Source: an uncultured Gemmatimonadaceae bacterium (GTDB taxonomy: Bacteria; Gemmatimonadota; Gemmatimonadetes; Gemmatimonadales; Gemmatimonadaceae). Taken from it: 64,000 nt of DNA. The stretch is from NCBI GenBank assembly GCA_963843845.1, contig CAWJMB010000003.1, forward strand, positions 1 to 64,000. The letters are read 5' to 3'. Below are positions 29,501 to 40,585 of this stretch, in pieces (the stretch's first letter is position 1; every line of letters begins with the position of its first letter). The position numbers and the translations under genes are program-made. The notes beneath the pieces were generated by a model. It was not told the origin of the DNA. It saw nothing but the letters and a program-made list of their open reading frames with translations, and searched no databases.

Positions 29501-32500
29501 GTGTCACGTCGTCACTCCGCACGCCTCGCCACGTCGATCGGCCTCGCGCTCGCCGTTCCGGCACTCGTCGCCGCGCAGGTCGGCGCGACGACCGACATCC
29601 TCAGCGGCACCGTCAGGAACGCGCAGGGGCAGCCGCTCGCCGGCGCGACCGTGACGGTCATCTCGGTCGAGACGCAGGTCAGCCGCAGCAAGACGACCGA
29701 CACGAAGGGACACTACGTCATCGTCTTCCCCGACGGTGGCGGCCGCTACCAGATGACGGTGCGCTCGATCGGCGTCACGCCGCGCACGCTGCTCGTGCAG
29801 CGCACGGTCGACGAGGATCAGCTCATCACCAACGTGACGATGGGCGGCAGTGCGGCGCAGCAGCTCAGCACCGTCACGGTGCGCGATGGGACCCGCCCCC
29901 AGGGGCCGCCGGGAGGCGGACAGGACCGCCCGACGCCGGGGTCGCAGGAGCGCGCCTTCTCCCCCGACCAGCTGTCCAAGCTTCCGCTCGCCGACGCGAG
30001 CGATCTCGCGCTGATCGCGGCGCTGACGCCGGGCGTCGTCGGCATCACCGGCAGCGACTCGACGGGGAACGCGTTCAGCATCGCGGGGCAGCGGCTCACG
30101 GACAACAACACGACGCTCGACGGCCTCTCGTTCGGCGCGAGCGCGGTGCCGCAGGACGCCGTGCGCTCCACGCGGGTCATCACGAACACGTTCGACGTCT
30201 CGCGCGGACAGTTCAGCGGCGGCCAGGTCGCGAGCACGACGCGCGGGGGGACGAACGTGCTCCAGGGCACGTTCACCGAGCAGTATCGCGACCCGTCGCT
30301 CGCGTTCGCGGGGGGCGATGCCGGCGCGTTCGGGCGCGCCTACCATCAGAACACGGTCTCCGGCGGCATCGGCGGGCCGATCAGGAAGAACAGGATGTTC
30401 GTCTTCGGGTCGTTCTCCGTGCGGCAGCGCACCGACCCGCTGACGTCGCTGCTCACGGCGAACTCGGCGACGCTGCAACGGCTCGGTGTCTCGCCGGACT
30501 CCGTCGGGCAGTTCCTCGGCGCGATCGCGCGCTACGGGATCGCGTCGAGCGTCACGGGGCTCGCGGACGACCGCAGCAACGACAGCGACCAGCTGTTCCT
30601 GCGCCTCGACACGCGCCTCACCGACTCGCACTCGCTCATGCTCCGCGTCGACGGGCGCCGCACCGACGCGAACGCGCAGCGCATCGCGTCGTTAGGCCTG
30701 CCGACGTCGGGGGGCACGCAGGAGCAGAGCGGCGCCGGACTCATGGCCTCGCTCACGTCGCACCTCTCCGCGTTCAACGGCGCGATCGTGAACGAGCTCC
30801 GCGCCTACCGCTCGACGGCCGACAACCACACCGATCCCTACCTCACGCTCCCCGCGGGACGCGTGCAGATCCTCTCCGCGGTGTCGGACAACGCGCTCGC
30901 CACCGGCAGCGCCTTCAGCCAGTCGACGCTGCAGTTCGGCGGCAACGCCGCGCTGCCGCAGGCGTCGAACAACGTGGCGTTCGAGAGCAGCGACGAGCTG
31001 TCCTTCATCCCCGCCGGCAGCGGCCACCGCTTCAAGGTCGGCGCGCTCGTGAACGCGGTGCGCAACGAGCAGAACTTCACGGCCAATCGGTTGGGCACGT
31101 TCACCTACAATTCGCTGGGCGACTTCCTCACGAACCGGCCGTCGCAGTACACGCGCACCCTCACGCCGACGCTCCGCACCGCACAGTCGACGAACGCAGC
31201 GCTCTACGGCGGCGACACGTGGCGCGTCTCGCCGACCGTGCAGCTGACGTACGGGGTGCGACTCGAAGGCTCGCGCTACGGCGGCGCGCCGGCGCTGAAC
31301 CCGGTCGTGCAGTCGTATTTCGGCTATCGCACCGACCGCTTCCCGACCGAGATCCACGTCAGCCCGCGGGCCGGCTTCTCCTGGTCGCCGCGCTGGAACA
31401 CGACGCAGGGGACGCCGGAGCAGCAGGGGCGTCTCGGCGCCGGTGGGCAGGGCGCGCAGGGCGCGCAGGGCGGGCGCGGCGCGCAGGGCGGAGGTGGCGG
31501 CGGGCGCGGAGGGTTCGGCGGCGGCTTCGGCGGCGCCGGCGGCGGCCCGGCCACGGTGATCCGCGGCGGCATCGGCGAGTTCCGCGCGCTCGCCCCGACG
31601 CAAGCCTTCTCGAACGCGCAGAGCGCGACCGGCCTCGCGAACACCGAGTCGCAGCTCGTCTGCATCGGCGCCGCGGTGCCGACGCCCGACTACGCCGCCT
31701 ACGCCGCCGGCACCGCGCTCCCGACGGAATGTGCCGGCGGCGCGGCGTCGTCCGCGATCACCTCGGCGCGCCCGAACGTCACCGTCATCGACCCCGACTT
31801 CGCGGCGCCGCGCGCGTGGCGCGGCTCGCTCGGCATCACGCAGCGCCTCAAGGAGCGGCTGTCGCTGTCGCTCGATCTGAACTACGCGCGCGGCGTCGCG
31901 CAGTACGGCTTCCGCGACCTCAACCTCGACACGACGCCGCAGTTCACCCTCCCGCTCGAGGGGGGTCGCCCGGTGTTCGTGCCGGCCTCGACGATCGTCT
32001 CGGCCACCGGCGCGACGTCGCTGTTCGCCTCCCGTCTCCATCCGGACCTCGGCCGCGTGCTCGCGGCGACGTCGTCGCTCGCGTCGAGCACGCGGCAGGC
32101 GACGCTCGCGCTGAACGCGTCGACGCGGCGCGGCGTGCAGAGCAACCTGTCGTACACGATCATGCGCGTCGCGCGACCAGACGTCGTTTCCCGGGGCGTT
32201 CGGCGGCCAGGGCGTCGCGTCGACGACGGCCGGCAACCCCAACGTGTCGGAGTGGGGGCGGAGCGATCTCGAGCGCCGCCATCAGCTGCAGGCCATCGTC
32301 TCCTGGCCCGCCGTGTCGTGGCTCGAAGTCAGCGCGGTCGGGCGCCTCACGTCCGGCAACCCCTTCACGCCGGTCGTCGGCGGCGACATCAACGGCGACG
32401 GCGCGCGCAACGATCAGGCGTACGTCTTCCCCGCGTCGACGTCCGACACGACCATCGCGAACGGGATGCGCCGCCTGCTCGAGCGCGTCGAGCGGCACGG

Positions 32501-33320
32501 TGCGGCAGTGTCTCACGGACGCGGCCGGCCGAGTCGCGGGACGCGCGGCGTGCATCGGGCCGTGGCAGTCGTCGCTCGACCTCTCGGCGAACCTGCGGCC
32601 GACCTTCCTCAAGCTCGATCGCCGCCTCACGTTCACGCTGTCGACGAACAACCTGTTGGGCGGCCTCGATCGCCTCGCGCACGGCTCCGCGAATCTGCAC
32701 GGCTGGGGCACGACCGTGCGCCCCGACGCGACCCTGCTCACGGTGCGCGGCTTCGACGCCGCGCGGCAGGCGTACGTCTACCAGGTCAACGAGCGCTTCG
32801 GCCAGACGCGCGGCTCGGCGAACGCGTTCCGCGTGCCGTTCCAGATCTCGCTGCAGGCGCGCCTCACCGTCGGCCCCGACCAGGTCCGCGACCGCCTGCG
32901 CGGCGTGTTCGGCGGCGGGCGCACGACGGCCGCCACCCCCTCGGCGCTCGACCGGCTGACGGCGGCCGTGCCGCAGATCATCGACTCGGTGCTCGCGCGC
33001 AAGGACTCGCTCGCGCTCACCGACGCGCAGATGACGGCGCTGCGCGCGCTCGAGGACAGCATCAAGACGGTCGACGCGCCGCTCGCCGACTCGCTCGCGG
33101 CGGTCGTGCAGAAGGCGGGGAACAACCCCGACCCGCGCACGCTCCTGACGACCGCGGGGCCGATGCTGCAGCGCATCCGGCAGAGCTCCAACCAGGCACG
33201 CGCGCCGTGCAGGCGATCCTCACGCCGGAGCAGTGGGCGCTGCTGCCGGAGTCGGTGCGGAATGCCGGGCGAGCGCAGAACGGGCCCGGCGGAGGCGCTG
33301 GACGGCGGCCGGTTCCCTGA
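29501..33320 (+). CDS. TonB-dependent receptor-like OM protein with carboxypeptidase-regulatory N-domain; about 3 frameshifts
   Basis: SGTVRN...GATVT, NNTTLDG, FSGG...TRGGTN, SPRAGFSW, DINGDGARND; continues in ORFs 32244-33320 and 31219-33351. Confidence 0.85.
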
Positions 33321-33357
33321 TCGTGACGTCGAACTGCCGACTGTCGGCTGAAGCGCC

Positions 33358-33397
33358 GCTCACGACTGCACGGAGTCCCGCCGTGCAGCCGTGAGTG
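33358..33397. terminator. Hairpin between convergent genes
   Basis: CTCACGACTGCACGG-agtcccg-CCGTGCAGCCGTGAG. Confidence 0.55.
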
Positions 33398-33411
33398 CCG
33401 CCGCGAAGTGA

Positions 33412-35448
33412 TCACTCGACGGTTCGACGCGACGACGCCGCGTCGATGCGTGCGCCGAGCGTCGGCGCGAGCACGCGCGTGAAGCTCGCCGTCAGATGGT
33501 TGTCGTCCGTGAACTTCACGACCCCGTTCGCCGCGACCACCGAGCACCGCGCCGTCGCGCAGATCGCGTCGTTCATGTCGACGAACCGCACCGGCAGCCC
33601 GCGCGCCGCCTCGCTCTGCGCCCGGTATGCCGTCGCCGAGAGCGAGGCGGCGCGGTCGTACGTACAGTCGCTCGCGAACGGCAGTCGTGCCGCGCGGCGC
33701 GACAGACACGCCGGTACGTCGAACGGCGTGCGCGGCGTGCCGCGGATCGCCACGGTCGGGATGCCCGCGCCCGTCACGCGCGCGTACGTGCGCCGCAGCC
33801 CGTCGCGCCACACCTCGGGCGTCACGTGCCACGGCTGCCCCGTGTCGTCGCGCGGGATGTAGTGGTCCCAGCTCGACAGGATCGCGAGTGCCGGGCGCAT
33901 CGCGACGATGCGGTCGACCATCGCGTCGCGATACTGCGCGCAGAGGCGATCGCGCTGCACGCGCCGCGACCGCTCCGGCTGCGGCAGCCGCGCGACCGGA
34001 CAGCCGCCCATGACGAGCGGAATCACGCGCCACCCGCGCGCCTTGCCGACCGCGTCGACCGCGGCGAGCCAGTGCTGCGCGTGCGAGTCGCCGAACAGCA
34101 CGACGGTCGTCGACGAGCCCGGGTCGCCGAACACGCACGCCGCCCGCTCGCCGCGCCGCGAGCCGACGGTCGCGAGATTCGCGACGTTCGACCCGTCCGC
34201 CGTCGTCGACCAGCAGGCCTGCGCGATCCGGTCCTCGCGCGCCGCCGCGAACGGGCGCTGCTCCGGCCGCGCCGCCGCCCACTCGCCCGCCTTCATGAAG
34301 CCGTAGCTGCCGAGCGCCGCGCCGACGCTCGCGACGAGCGCGATGAGCGACAGCCGATGCGGCGACATCTCCGCCCACCGCCCGCGCCGCATCGGCCCCT
34401 CGACGAGGCGATAGGTGAGCCACGCCGGCCCGAGCGCCGCGATCGACCAGAGCAGCTTGCCGACCGGCCCGATCGTCGGCACGAGCACCCCGCCGAGTCC
34501 GACGAGCGGCCAGTGCCACAGATACCACGCATACGACAGTCGGCCCAACGCCCGCAGCGGCTCGGTGCCCAGCACTCGGCTCCCGGCCGCGTCAGGGGAG
34601 ACGCGCCCTCCGACGATCAGCGCGACCGTGCCGAGCGCCGGCAGCAGCGCGGCGTAGCCGGGGTACGGCGTCACCGCGTCGTAGCTGACCACCGCGGCGA
34701 CGATCGCGGCCAGCCCCGCCGCCTGCAGCAGCGTCCCGCCATGGCCGTCACCGATTCGCGTCGGGACGCGATGAATCAGCAGCAGGACGAGCCCGCCGAG
34801 CGCGAACTCCCACAGCCGCGTCGCGACGCCGAAGAACGCCCACGACGGCGACGTGCGCGTCAGCCAGAGCGACGCGCCGAACGACAGCACGGCGACGACG
34901 ACCAGCCCACCGACGAGGCTCCGCTCGGTCGCGTCCTCGTGCCGCCGCCGCGACTCGGCGACGACGGTCAGGAACGACAGCAGCGGTGCCCACACCAGGT
35001 AGAGCTGCTCCTCGACGGCGAGCGACCAGGTGTGGAGCAGCGGGTTCTCACCGCTCGAGAAGTAGTCGGTCGACCCGCCCGCGAACGCGACGTTGCTCGC
35101 CGAGAGCGCGACCCAGCGGGCGTCGCCGCCGATCGGCGCGCGGTCGATCGGGGCGTAGAACAGCCACACGACGAGCAGCGTCGTCGCGAGCACGACGAGC
35201 AGCGCCGGGAGCAGCCGCAGCGCGCGTCGGCCGTAGAACGCCGAGACGTCGACCGTGCCCGTCTCGGTCGCCTCGCGCGCGAGCAGCCCCGTGACGAAGA
35301 AGCCGGAGAGCACGAAGAACACGTCGACGCCGACGAATCCGCCGGCGAACGCCGTGATCCCGGCGTGGAACAGCACGACGAGGAGGATCGCGATGCCGCG
35401 GAGCCCTTCGAGATCGGAGCGGAAGCCGGGGCGGTCGACGGAAGACAT
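33412..35448 (-). CDS. Acyltransferase-3 plus SGNH domain O-acyltransferase (OatA/OafA-like)
   Basis: FRSDLEGLRGIA, GVDVFFVLSGF, HTWSLAVEEQ, SYAWYLWHWP, FGDSHA, DDNHLT. Confidence 0.93.
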   Translation of the reverse strand: MSSVDRPGFRSDLEGLRGIAILLVVLFHAGITAFAGGFVGVDVFFVLSGFFVTGLLAREATETGTVDVSAFYGRRALRLLPALLVVLATTLLVVWLFYAPIDRAPIGGDARWVALSASNVAFAGGSTDYFSSGENPLLHTWSLAVEEQLYLVWAPLLSFLTVVAESRRRHEDATERSLVGGLVVVAVLSFGASLWLTRTSPSWAFFGVATRLWEFALGGLVLLLIHRVPTRIGDGHGGTLLQAAGLAAIVAAVVSYDAVTPYPGYAALLPALGTVALIVGGRVSPDAAGSRVLGTEPLRALGRLSYAWYLWHWPLVGLGGVLVPTIGPVGKLLWSIAALGPAWLTYRLVEGPMRRGRWAEMSPHRLSLIALVASVGAALGSYGFMKAGEWAAARPEQRPFAAAREDRIAQACWSTTADGSNVANLATVGSRRGERAACVFGDPGSSTTVVLFGDSHAQHWLAAVDAVGKARGWRVIPLVMGGCPVARLPQPERSRRVQRDRLCAQYRDAMVDRIVAMRPALAILSSWDHYIPRDDTGQPWHVTPEVWRDGLRRTYARVTGAGIPTVAIRGTPRTPFDVPACLSRRAARLPFASDCTYDRAASLSATAYRAQSEAARGLPVRFVDMNDAICATARCSVVAANGVVKFTDDNHLTASFTRVLAPTLGARIDAASSRRTVE

Positions 35449-35558
35449 GGCGGGCCGTACGGGGAGCGCGGCCGGTCGGTTCCAGACGTGGATCACCCGC
35501 TCCCGCCTGGCGCCTGCCTTCGGTGTCTGGCCACGGCGCCCGCGCGCTTCCGCGTTCG

Positions 35559-37482
35559 CTACCGATACCCCTCCGCCTGCATCTCGAACAGCTCCGCGTA
35601 CAGCCCGCCGCGCGCCACCAACTCGGCGTGCGTCCCCTCCTCCTCGACCTGCCCGCCGCGGAGCACGACGATCCGGTCGGCCATCCGCACCGTCGAGAAG
35701 CGGTGCGAGATGAGCAGCGCCATCCGACCGGCCGTCAGCTCCGCGAACCGCTCGAACACTTCGTACTCCGCCCGCGCGTCCAGCGCCGCGGTCGGCTCGT
35801 CGAGCACGAGCACCTGTGCGTCGCGGAGGTAGGCGCGGGCGAGCGCGACCTTCTGCCACTCGCCCCCGGAGAGGTCGACGCCACCGGCGAAGCGCCGGCC
35901 CAGCATCTGCCCCCACCCATTCGGCAGCCGCGGCAGCAACGACGACGCGAGCGAGCGGTCGGCCGCGTCGACGATGAGCGCGGGAGGATCGGCCGGCACC
36001 TCGCCCGGCACCTCGCTCGGTGCGTCGCTCGGCATGTCGCCTCGGCAGCACGCCGATCTCGCCGACGGCGATGTTCTCGTCGAAGCGCATGTCGTAGCGC
36101 ACGAAGTCCTGGAAGATCACGCCGATCGCCGCGCGCACCGACGCGAGGTCGTAGTCGCGCAGGTCGCGGCCGTCGAGCACGATGCGCCCTTCGGTCGGGT
36201 CGTACAGCCGGGCGAGCAGCTTCGTGATCGTCGTCTTCCCTGCCCCGTTCTCGCCGACGAGCGCGACGCGCTCGCCCGGACGCAGCGCGACGTCGAGGTG
36301 CCGCACGGCCCACCGATCGGTTCCCGGATAGCGAAAGCCGACCCCCTCGAACACGAAACCGTCGCGGATCGGGGTCGGCACCGTCTGCGCGCCGGTCGGG
36401 GCGACGAGCGTCGGGCGCGTCTCGAGGAACGCGAACAGGTCCACGAGATACAGCGCCTGCTCGGCGATGCCGTTCACCGAGGCGAGCAGGCCTTGCAGCA
36501 GATCGCGGGCGCGCGCGAACGCGCCGGCGAGAAAGGTCATGCGTGCCGAGCGACAGCGTGCCGGCGACCGTGCGCGCGATGACGAGCACGTACGCCGTGT
36601 AGTAGCCGGCGGTGCCCAACGTCGAGAGCAGCCCGCCGACGACGGCGCGCCGCCGCCGCGAACGCACGGTTCTCGGCGATACACGCGCGTCGCGAGCGTG
36701 CGGAAGCGGTCGACGAGCCAGGGCGCGAGGCCGAACAGCTGCACCTCTTTCGCCGTGCGCTCGCTCGCCGCGACGTAGCGCAGGTAGTCGAGCTGCCGGC
36801 GCTGCGGCGTGCGCCGGACGTACAGCGAGTACGCCCGCCCCGCGTAGCGCGTCTCCGCGACGAAGCCGGGAATGATCGCGAGCAGGAGCAGCACGAGCAG
36901 GCGCACGTCGAACACGGCGAGCGCGGCGACGAGCGACGCGAGCGCGAGCACGCTCTGCGCGATGCCGAGGAGCTGCGCGAACAGACCGACGCCGCCCGAT
37001 GCCGCGCCGCGGGCGCGCTCGAGGCGGTCGTAGAACGTCGGGTCCTCGAACTGAGCGAGGTCGAGCGTCGCGGCGTGCTCCATGATCCGCACGCTCATCC
37101 GATTCGTGAACAGCTCGGCGAGCGCGCTCTCCACGTAGGAGGACGCGCGGGCGAGCACCTCGCCGGCGAGCACGATCGCGACTTCGATCCCGACCGCGCG
37201 CCACACCGCGTCGGCGGTACCCGTGCGCCCGGCCGGCGCCGGCGCCGCCGCCGCGGCGACGACGGCGTCGACGATCAGCTTGCCGACCCACAGCGTCGCG
37301 ACCGGCACGCCCGACCGGAGGATGCGTAGCGCCGCGACGGTGACGGCGTAGCCGCGGTGCGCGGACCAGACGAGGCGCAGGAACGCCGGCACGTGTCGCA
37401 GCGCCGCGACCCGCTCGCGCCACGGCGGCGGCGCGTCGGTCGGCGCGCGAGACGCGCGGCGTGGAGAGGTGCCGTCGGCCAT
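35559..37482 (-). CDS. ABC transporter, fused permease/ATPase (frameshifted)
   Basis: GENGAGKTT, LSGGEWQK, LVLDEPTAALD, ISHRFSTVR across two to three frames. Confidence 0.9.
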
Positions 37483-37647
37483 GCGCGCAAGCTACGCCCC
37501 CCGCAGTCGTCGGATCGCCGGTTCGGGCTGAACCGTCGCTGTCGCACGCGCGTTCGGCAGGCCGCGAGCCGCCTGGAGCGACGAACGGCGCCCGGGTGGG
37601 GGCGCCGTTCGTTCCGAGCGGTGCGCGGGGCGCGCCCCCGCCGCGTG

Positions 37648-39519
37648 CTACCGCGACGCCGCCGCCAGCCGCCTGATCTCGCGCGCCATCGTGCGGACGC
37701 GCGCGCCGTCCTTCGCGCCGCTGACGTCGCTGTCGACCTGCGAGGCGAGCGTCGTGAGCGAGCGGGCGCGGGCCGCGCCGCTCTGCCGCTCGGCCGCCGT
37801 GAGCGCGGCGTCGATCGCCGAGGTGCGCGCGGCGGCGAGGCCGTCGCCGCGCACGAGCTGGTCGAGGTACGAGCGCACGACGACGAACGCCGGCGGCCAC
37901 GTCACCTTCGGCTGGCTCTGCGGATTGTAGTCCGTGAACCGGACGAGCTTCGCCGCCGCGATCTCGTTGGCCGAGAGGTGCTCGCTCGGCGTGAGCTCGT
38001 AGATGTCCATGCCGCGGTTGAGCTCGGACGAGTAGATCAGCCCGTTCCAGTAGTACGCGCCCCACGACCCGCCCATCGTCCGGCCACCGCCGCGAACGTT
38101 CGGGTCCGCCGGGGCGACCGGCATGTCGACCGGCGTCGGCGGGTCGATCGATCCGCGGTCGAAGTACGCGATCTCGAACGCGTGGTCCTGGTCGGTGAAG
38201 TCCATGACGTCGATGCCGCCCTGGTACCACCCCTGGACGTAGAGGTCGCGCCCCGGCACCGGGATGATGCCGCCGTTGTGCGACACGCAGTTCTCTTCCG
38301 CGGACTGCGCCGAGGGGAGCTTGAAGTAGGCGCGCTGCGCCTGCTTCTTCTTCGCGTCGAGGGAGATGATGGTGTTGCCGCCCAGCTCGATCATGCTCGA
38401 CTTCTGGCACATCGGGCTCGTGCCGCCGCCCCACTCGTCGGTCTGGATCAGCTTCGTGCCGTCGTTGCTGAACGCCGCGGTGTGCCGCCCCTGGAAGTTG
38501 TTGGTGTCGGTCAGCGCGTCGAGGCGGATCGGCTTCTCGGGGTTCGTGATGTCCACGAGGATGGAGTGCGTCGAGCAGGCGGCCGCGAGCAGGTTCATCG
38601 ACGGGTACGCCGTCACGTCGTGGCAGTTGCGCGGACCGGTCGACGCGGGCTCACCAGGTTCGGCCGCAGGCGCCGCGCGTCCCGGGCGGCCCGCCGCGGC
38701 GGCGGCGCGGCGCGGATCGGCCGGCGCACAGAACTGCCGGCACTCGCCGACGGCCCCGAGCCCCGTGAAGATCCGCGCGCCGGGGATGACCATGGCGCGC
38801 TCGGGGTGGTCGAGCGGCACCTTGATGATGTCGAGCTGATAGAGCGAGTTCGTCGGGTCGGCCGGATCGGCGCCATTCTTACACCCGGGCATCTCCGTCT
38901 CGGGACGCGCTCCCTGCTGCCCAGACACGTAGAGGTAGACGACGTTCTTGTCCGTCGGGCTGGGCACGACGGTGTGCGTGTGCGACCCCTTACAGGTCTG
39001 CACGTTCTTCACGAGCTTGGGCGCCTTCGGATTCGAGACGTCGTAGATGCGGACGCCGGCCATGTGATCCTTCGGGTCCTGCACGCCCTGGTCGCCGCAA
39101 TCGTTCCGGTTGCCGGCCCCCTCGGCGGAGAGGAAGAGCAGATTCCCGACGACCGACGGATCGCCCTGCGAGGTCGTGCAGCGTACCGCCGACGCGACGA
39201 CCGGCTTCGCCGGATCGGAGATGTCCCAGATGATGAAGCCGGCGAAGTTCCCCTGATACGCGTAGTGCTTGCCGAACGCGAGGTCGGAGTTCACGAACGT
39301 CAGCCCGCGGGACGTGTCGAACGCCGCCGGCTTCTTCGAGAACGAGACCAGGCGCATGTTGCTCGCCGCGGTCCCGGCGTCGTACCGTCCCGGCTTGAGG
39401 CTGTTGCGGGGGTCCTCGGCGGACGGATACGTCTGCGCCGACGCGAGCGTCGGCGCGGCGAGCGCGCCGAGAGTGGCGTGAGCCGCGAGGACGGCGATCG
39501 AGCGACGGACGGCGCGCAT
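37648..39519 (-). CDS. Secreted LVIVD-repeat-type protein
   Basis: Signal peptide; NSDLAF, WDISDP, YDVSNP, GSHTHT, CHD, HNG. Confidence 0.85.
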   Translation of the reverse strand: MRAVRRSIAVLAAHATLGALAAPTLASAQTYPSAEDPRNSLKPGRYDAGTAASNMRLVSFSKKPAAFDTSRGLTFVNSDLAFGKHYAYQGNFAGFIIWDISDPAKPVVASAVRCTTSQGDPSVVGNLLFLSAEGAGNRNDCGDQGVQDPKDHMAGVRIYDVSNPKAPKLVKNVQTCKGSHTHTVVPSPTDKNVVYLYVSGQQGARPETEMPGCKNGADPADPTNSLYQLDIIKVPLDHPERAMVIPGARIFTGLGAVGECRQFCAPADPRRAAAAAGRPGRAAPAAEPGEPASTGPRNCHDVTAYPSMNLLAAACSTHSILVDITNPEKPIRLDALTDTNNFQGRHTAAFSNDGTKLIQTDEWGGGTSPMCQKSSMIELGGNTIISLDAKKKQAQRAYFKLPSAQSAEENCVSHNGGIIPVPGRDLYVQGWYQGGIDVMDFTDQDHAFEIAYFDRGSIDPPTPVDMPVAPADPNVRGGGRTMGGSWGAYYWNGLIYSSELNRGMDIYELTPSEHLSANEIAAAKLVRFTDYNPQSQPKVTWPPAFVVVRSYLDQLVRGDGLAAARTSAIDAALTAAERQSGAARARSLTTLASQVDSDVSGAKDGARVRTMAREIRRLAAASR

Positions 39520-39523
39520 CGGG

Positions 39524-39830
39524 TCACGCTCCGGAGCGGGGGAAGAACACAACGTCGGCATGGGGTGTGGGCTGGTGCGGGGAGAGTTGCGTGAGCAGGC
39601 GTCGCACGATGCCGATCCCGGCGGTCTGCATCGTCACCACGTCGTTGGCGAACACCGAGACGGACACCCCCTGACCGCCGCGTGGTGACGCGAACAGGGC
39701 GTCGACCCTCTGCAGCGCGCCTGCGTGGTGCGGATCATCGGGGTCAGGACGCCACGATCGAAGTCGACGCCCTTCGACGCGTCGAGCGCCGCGAGCTGGG
39801 CCTCGGTGAGCGTCCCGGTCGAGACGCCGG
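39524..39830 (-). pseudogene. DUF305 C-terminal remnant
   Basis: GTLTEAQLAALDASKGVDFDR / frameshift / HHAGALQRVDALF...FANDVVTMQ; 5' part not recognisable. Confidence 0.6.
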
Positions 39831-40059
39831 CAGGAGAGCGACGACTGCGCGGGCGCTGATCGAGCGTGTGACAAACATGCGGGTGTGCTCAGTCAGTGGA
39901 CTCGTGCAGCGCGCGCCTCGGGGGCACGCACGAGGTGCGCGAGGTCGCCGTGGCGCCGGCCACACGTCGGACGATACGGTGTGAGCGGGTGCCACACTAG
40001 GCGTCGGCCGCCACCGATCGACAGCCGACCTCGGACGCCATCGCGCTCGACGACGAGGC

Positions 40060-40533
40060 TCAGCCTCGCACGGCCGCTTCGATGGCGGCGATGTCGATCT
40101 TCTGCATCGGCATCATCGCATCGAACGCGCGCTTCGCGACGTCGCCGCCTCTGGCCAGCGCGTCGGTCAGCGCGCGCGGCGTGATCTGCCAGTGCAGCCC
40201 CCACTTGTCCTTGCACCAGCCGCACCGGCTCGCCTCCCCGCCGTTCTCCACGATCGCGTTCCAGTAGCGATCCGTCTCGTCCTGGTCCGCAGTCTCGATC
40301 TGGAACGAGAAGGCCTCACTGTGCTTGAACCGCGATCCGCCATTAAGGCCGATGCAGGGCACGCCACAGACGGTGAACTGGACCGTCAGGGCGTCCCCCG
40401 CCTTGCCAGACGGATAGTCGGAGGGCGCGCGGTGAACGGCGCCGACACTGCTGTCGGGAAACGTCGCGGCGTAGAAGCGCGCCGCCGCTTCGGCGTCCCG
40501 GTCGTACCACAGACAGATCGTGTTCTTGGCCAT
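40060..40533 (-). CDS. VOC/PhnB (3-demethylubiquinone-9 methyltransferase-like) protein
   Basis: CLWYDRDAEAAARFY, LNGG...EAFSF, CGWCKDKWGLHWQI. Confidence 0.93.
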   Translation of the reverse strand: MAKNTICLWYDRDAEAAARFYAATFPDSSVGAVHRAPSDYPSGKAGDALTVQFTVCGVPCIGLNGGSRFKHSEAFSFQIETADQDETDRYWNAIVENGGEASRCGWCKDKWGLHWQITPRALTDALARGGDVAKRAFDAMMPMQKIDIAAIEAAVRG

Positions 40534-40585
40534 CGTGACGAACTCCGGTGGGGGTCGGTGAGCACGGGGAAGGAGAACAATATCG

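Noticed and set aside
33412..37482. 1356-aa ABC-acyltransferase fusion ORF
   Set aside because: Artefact of a frameshift near 36040; the ABC C-terminus is in ORF 35559-36035 and the acyltransferase has its own ATG at 35448.
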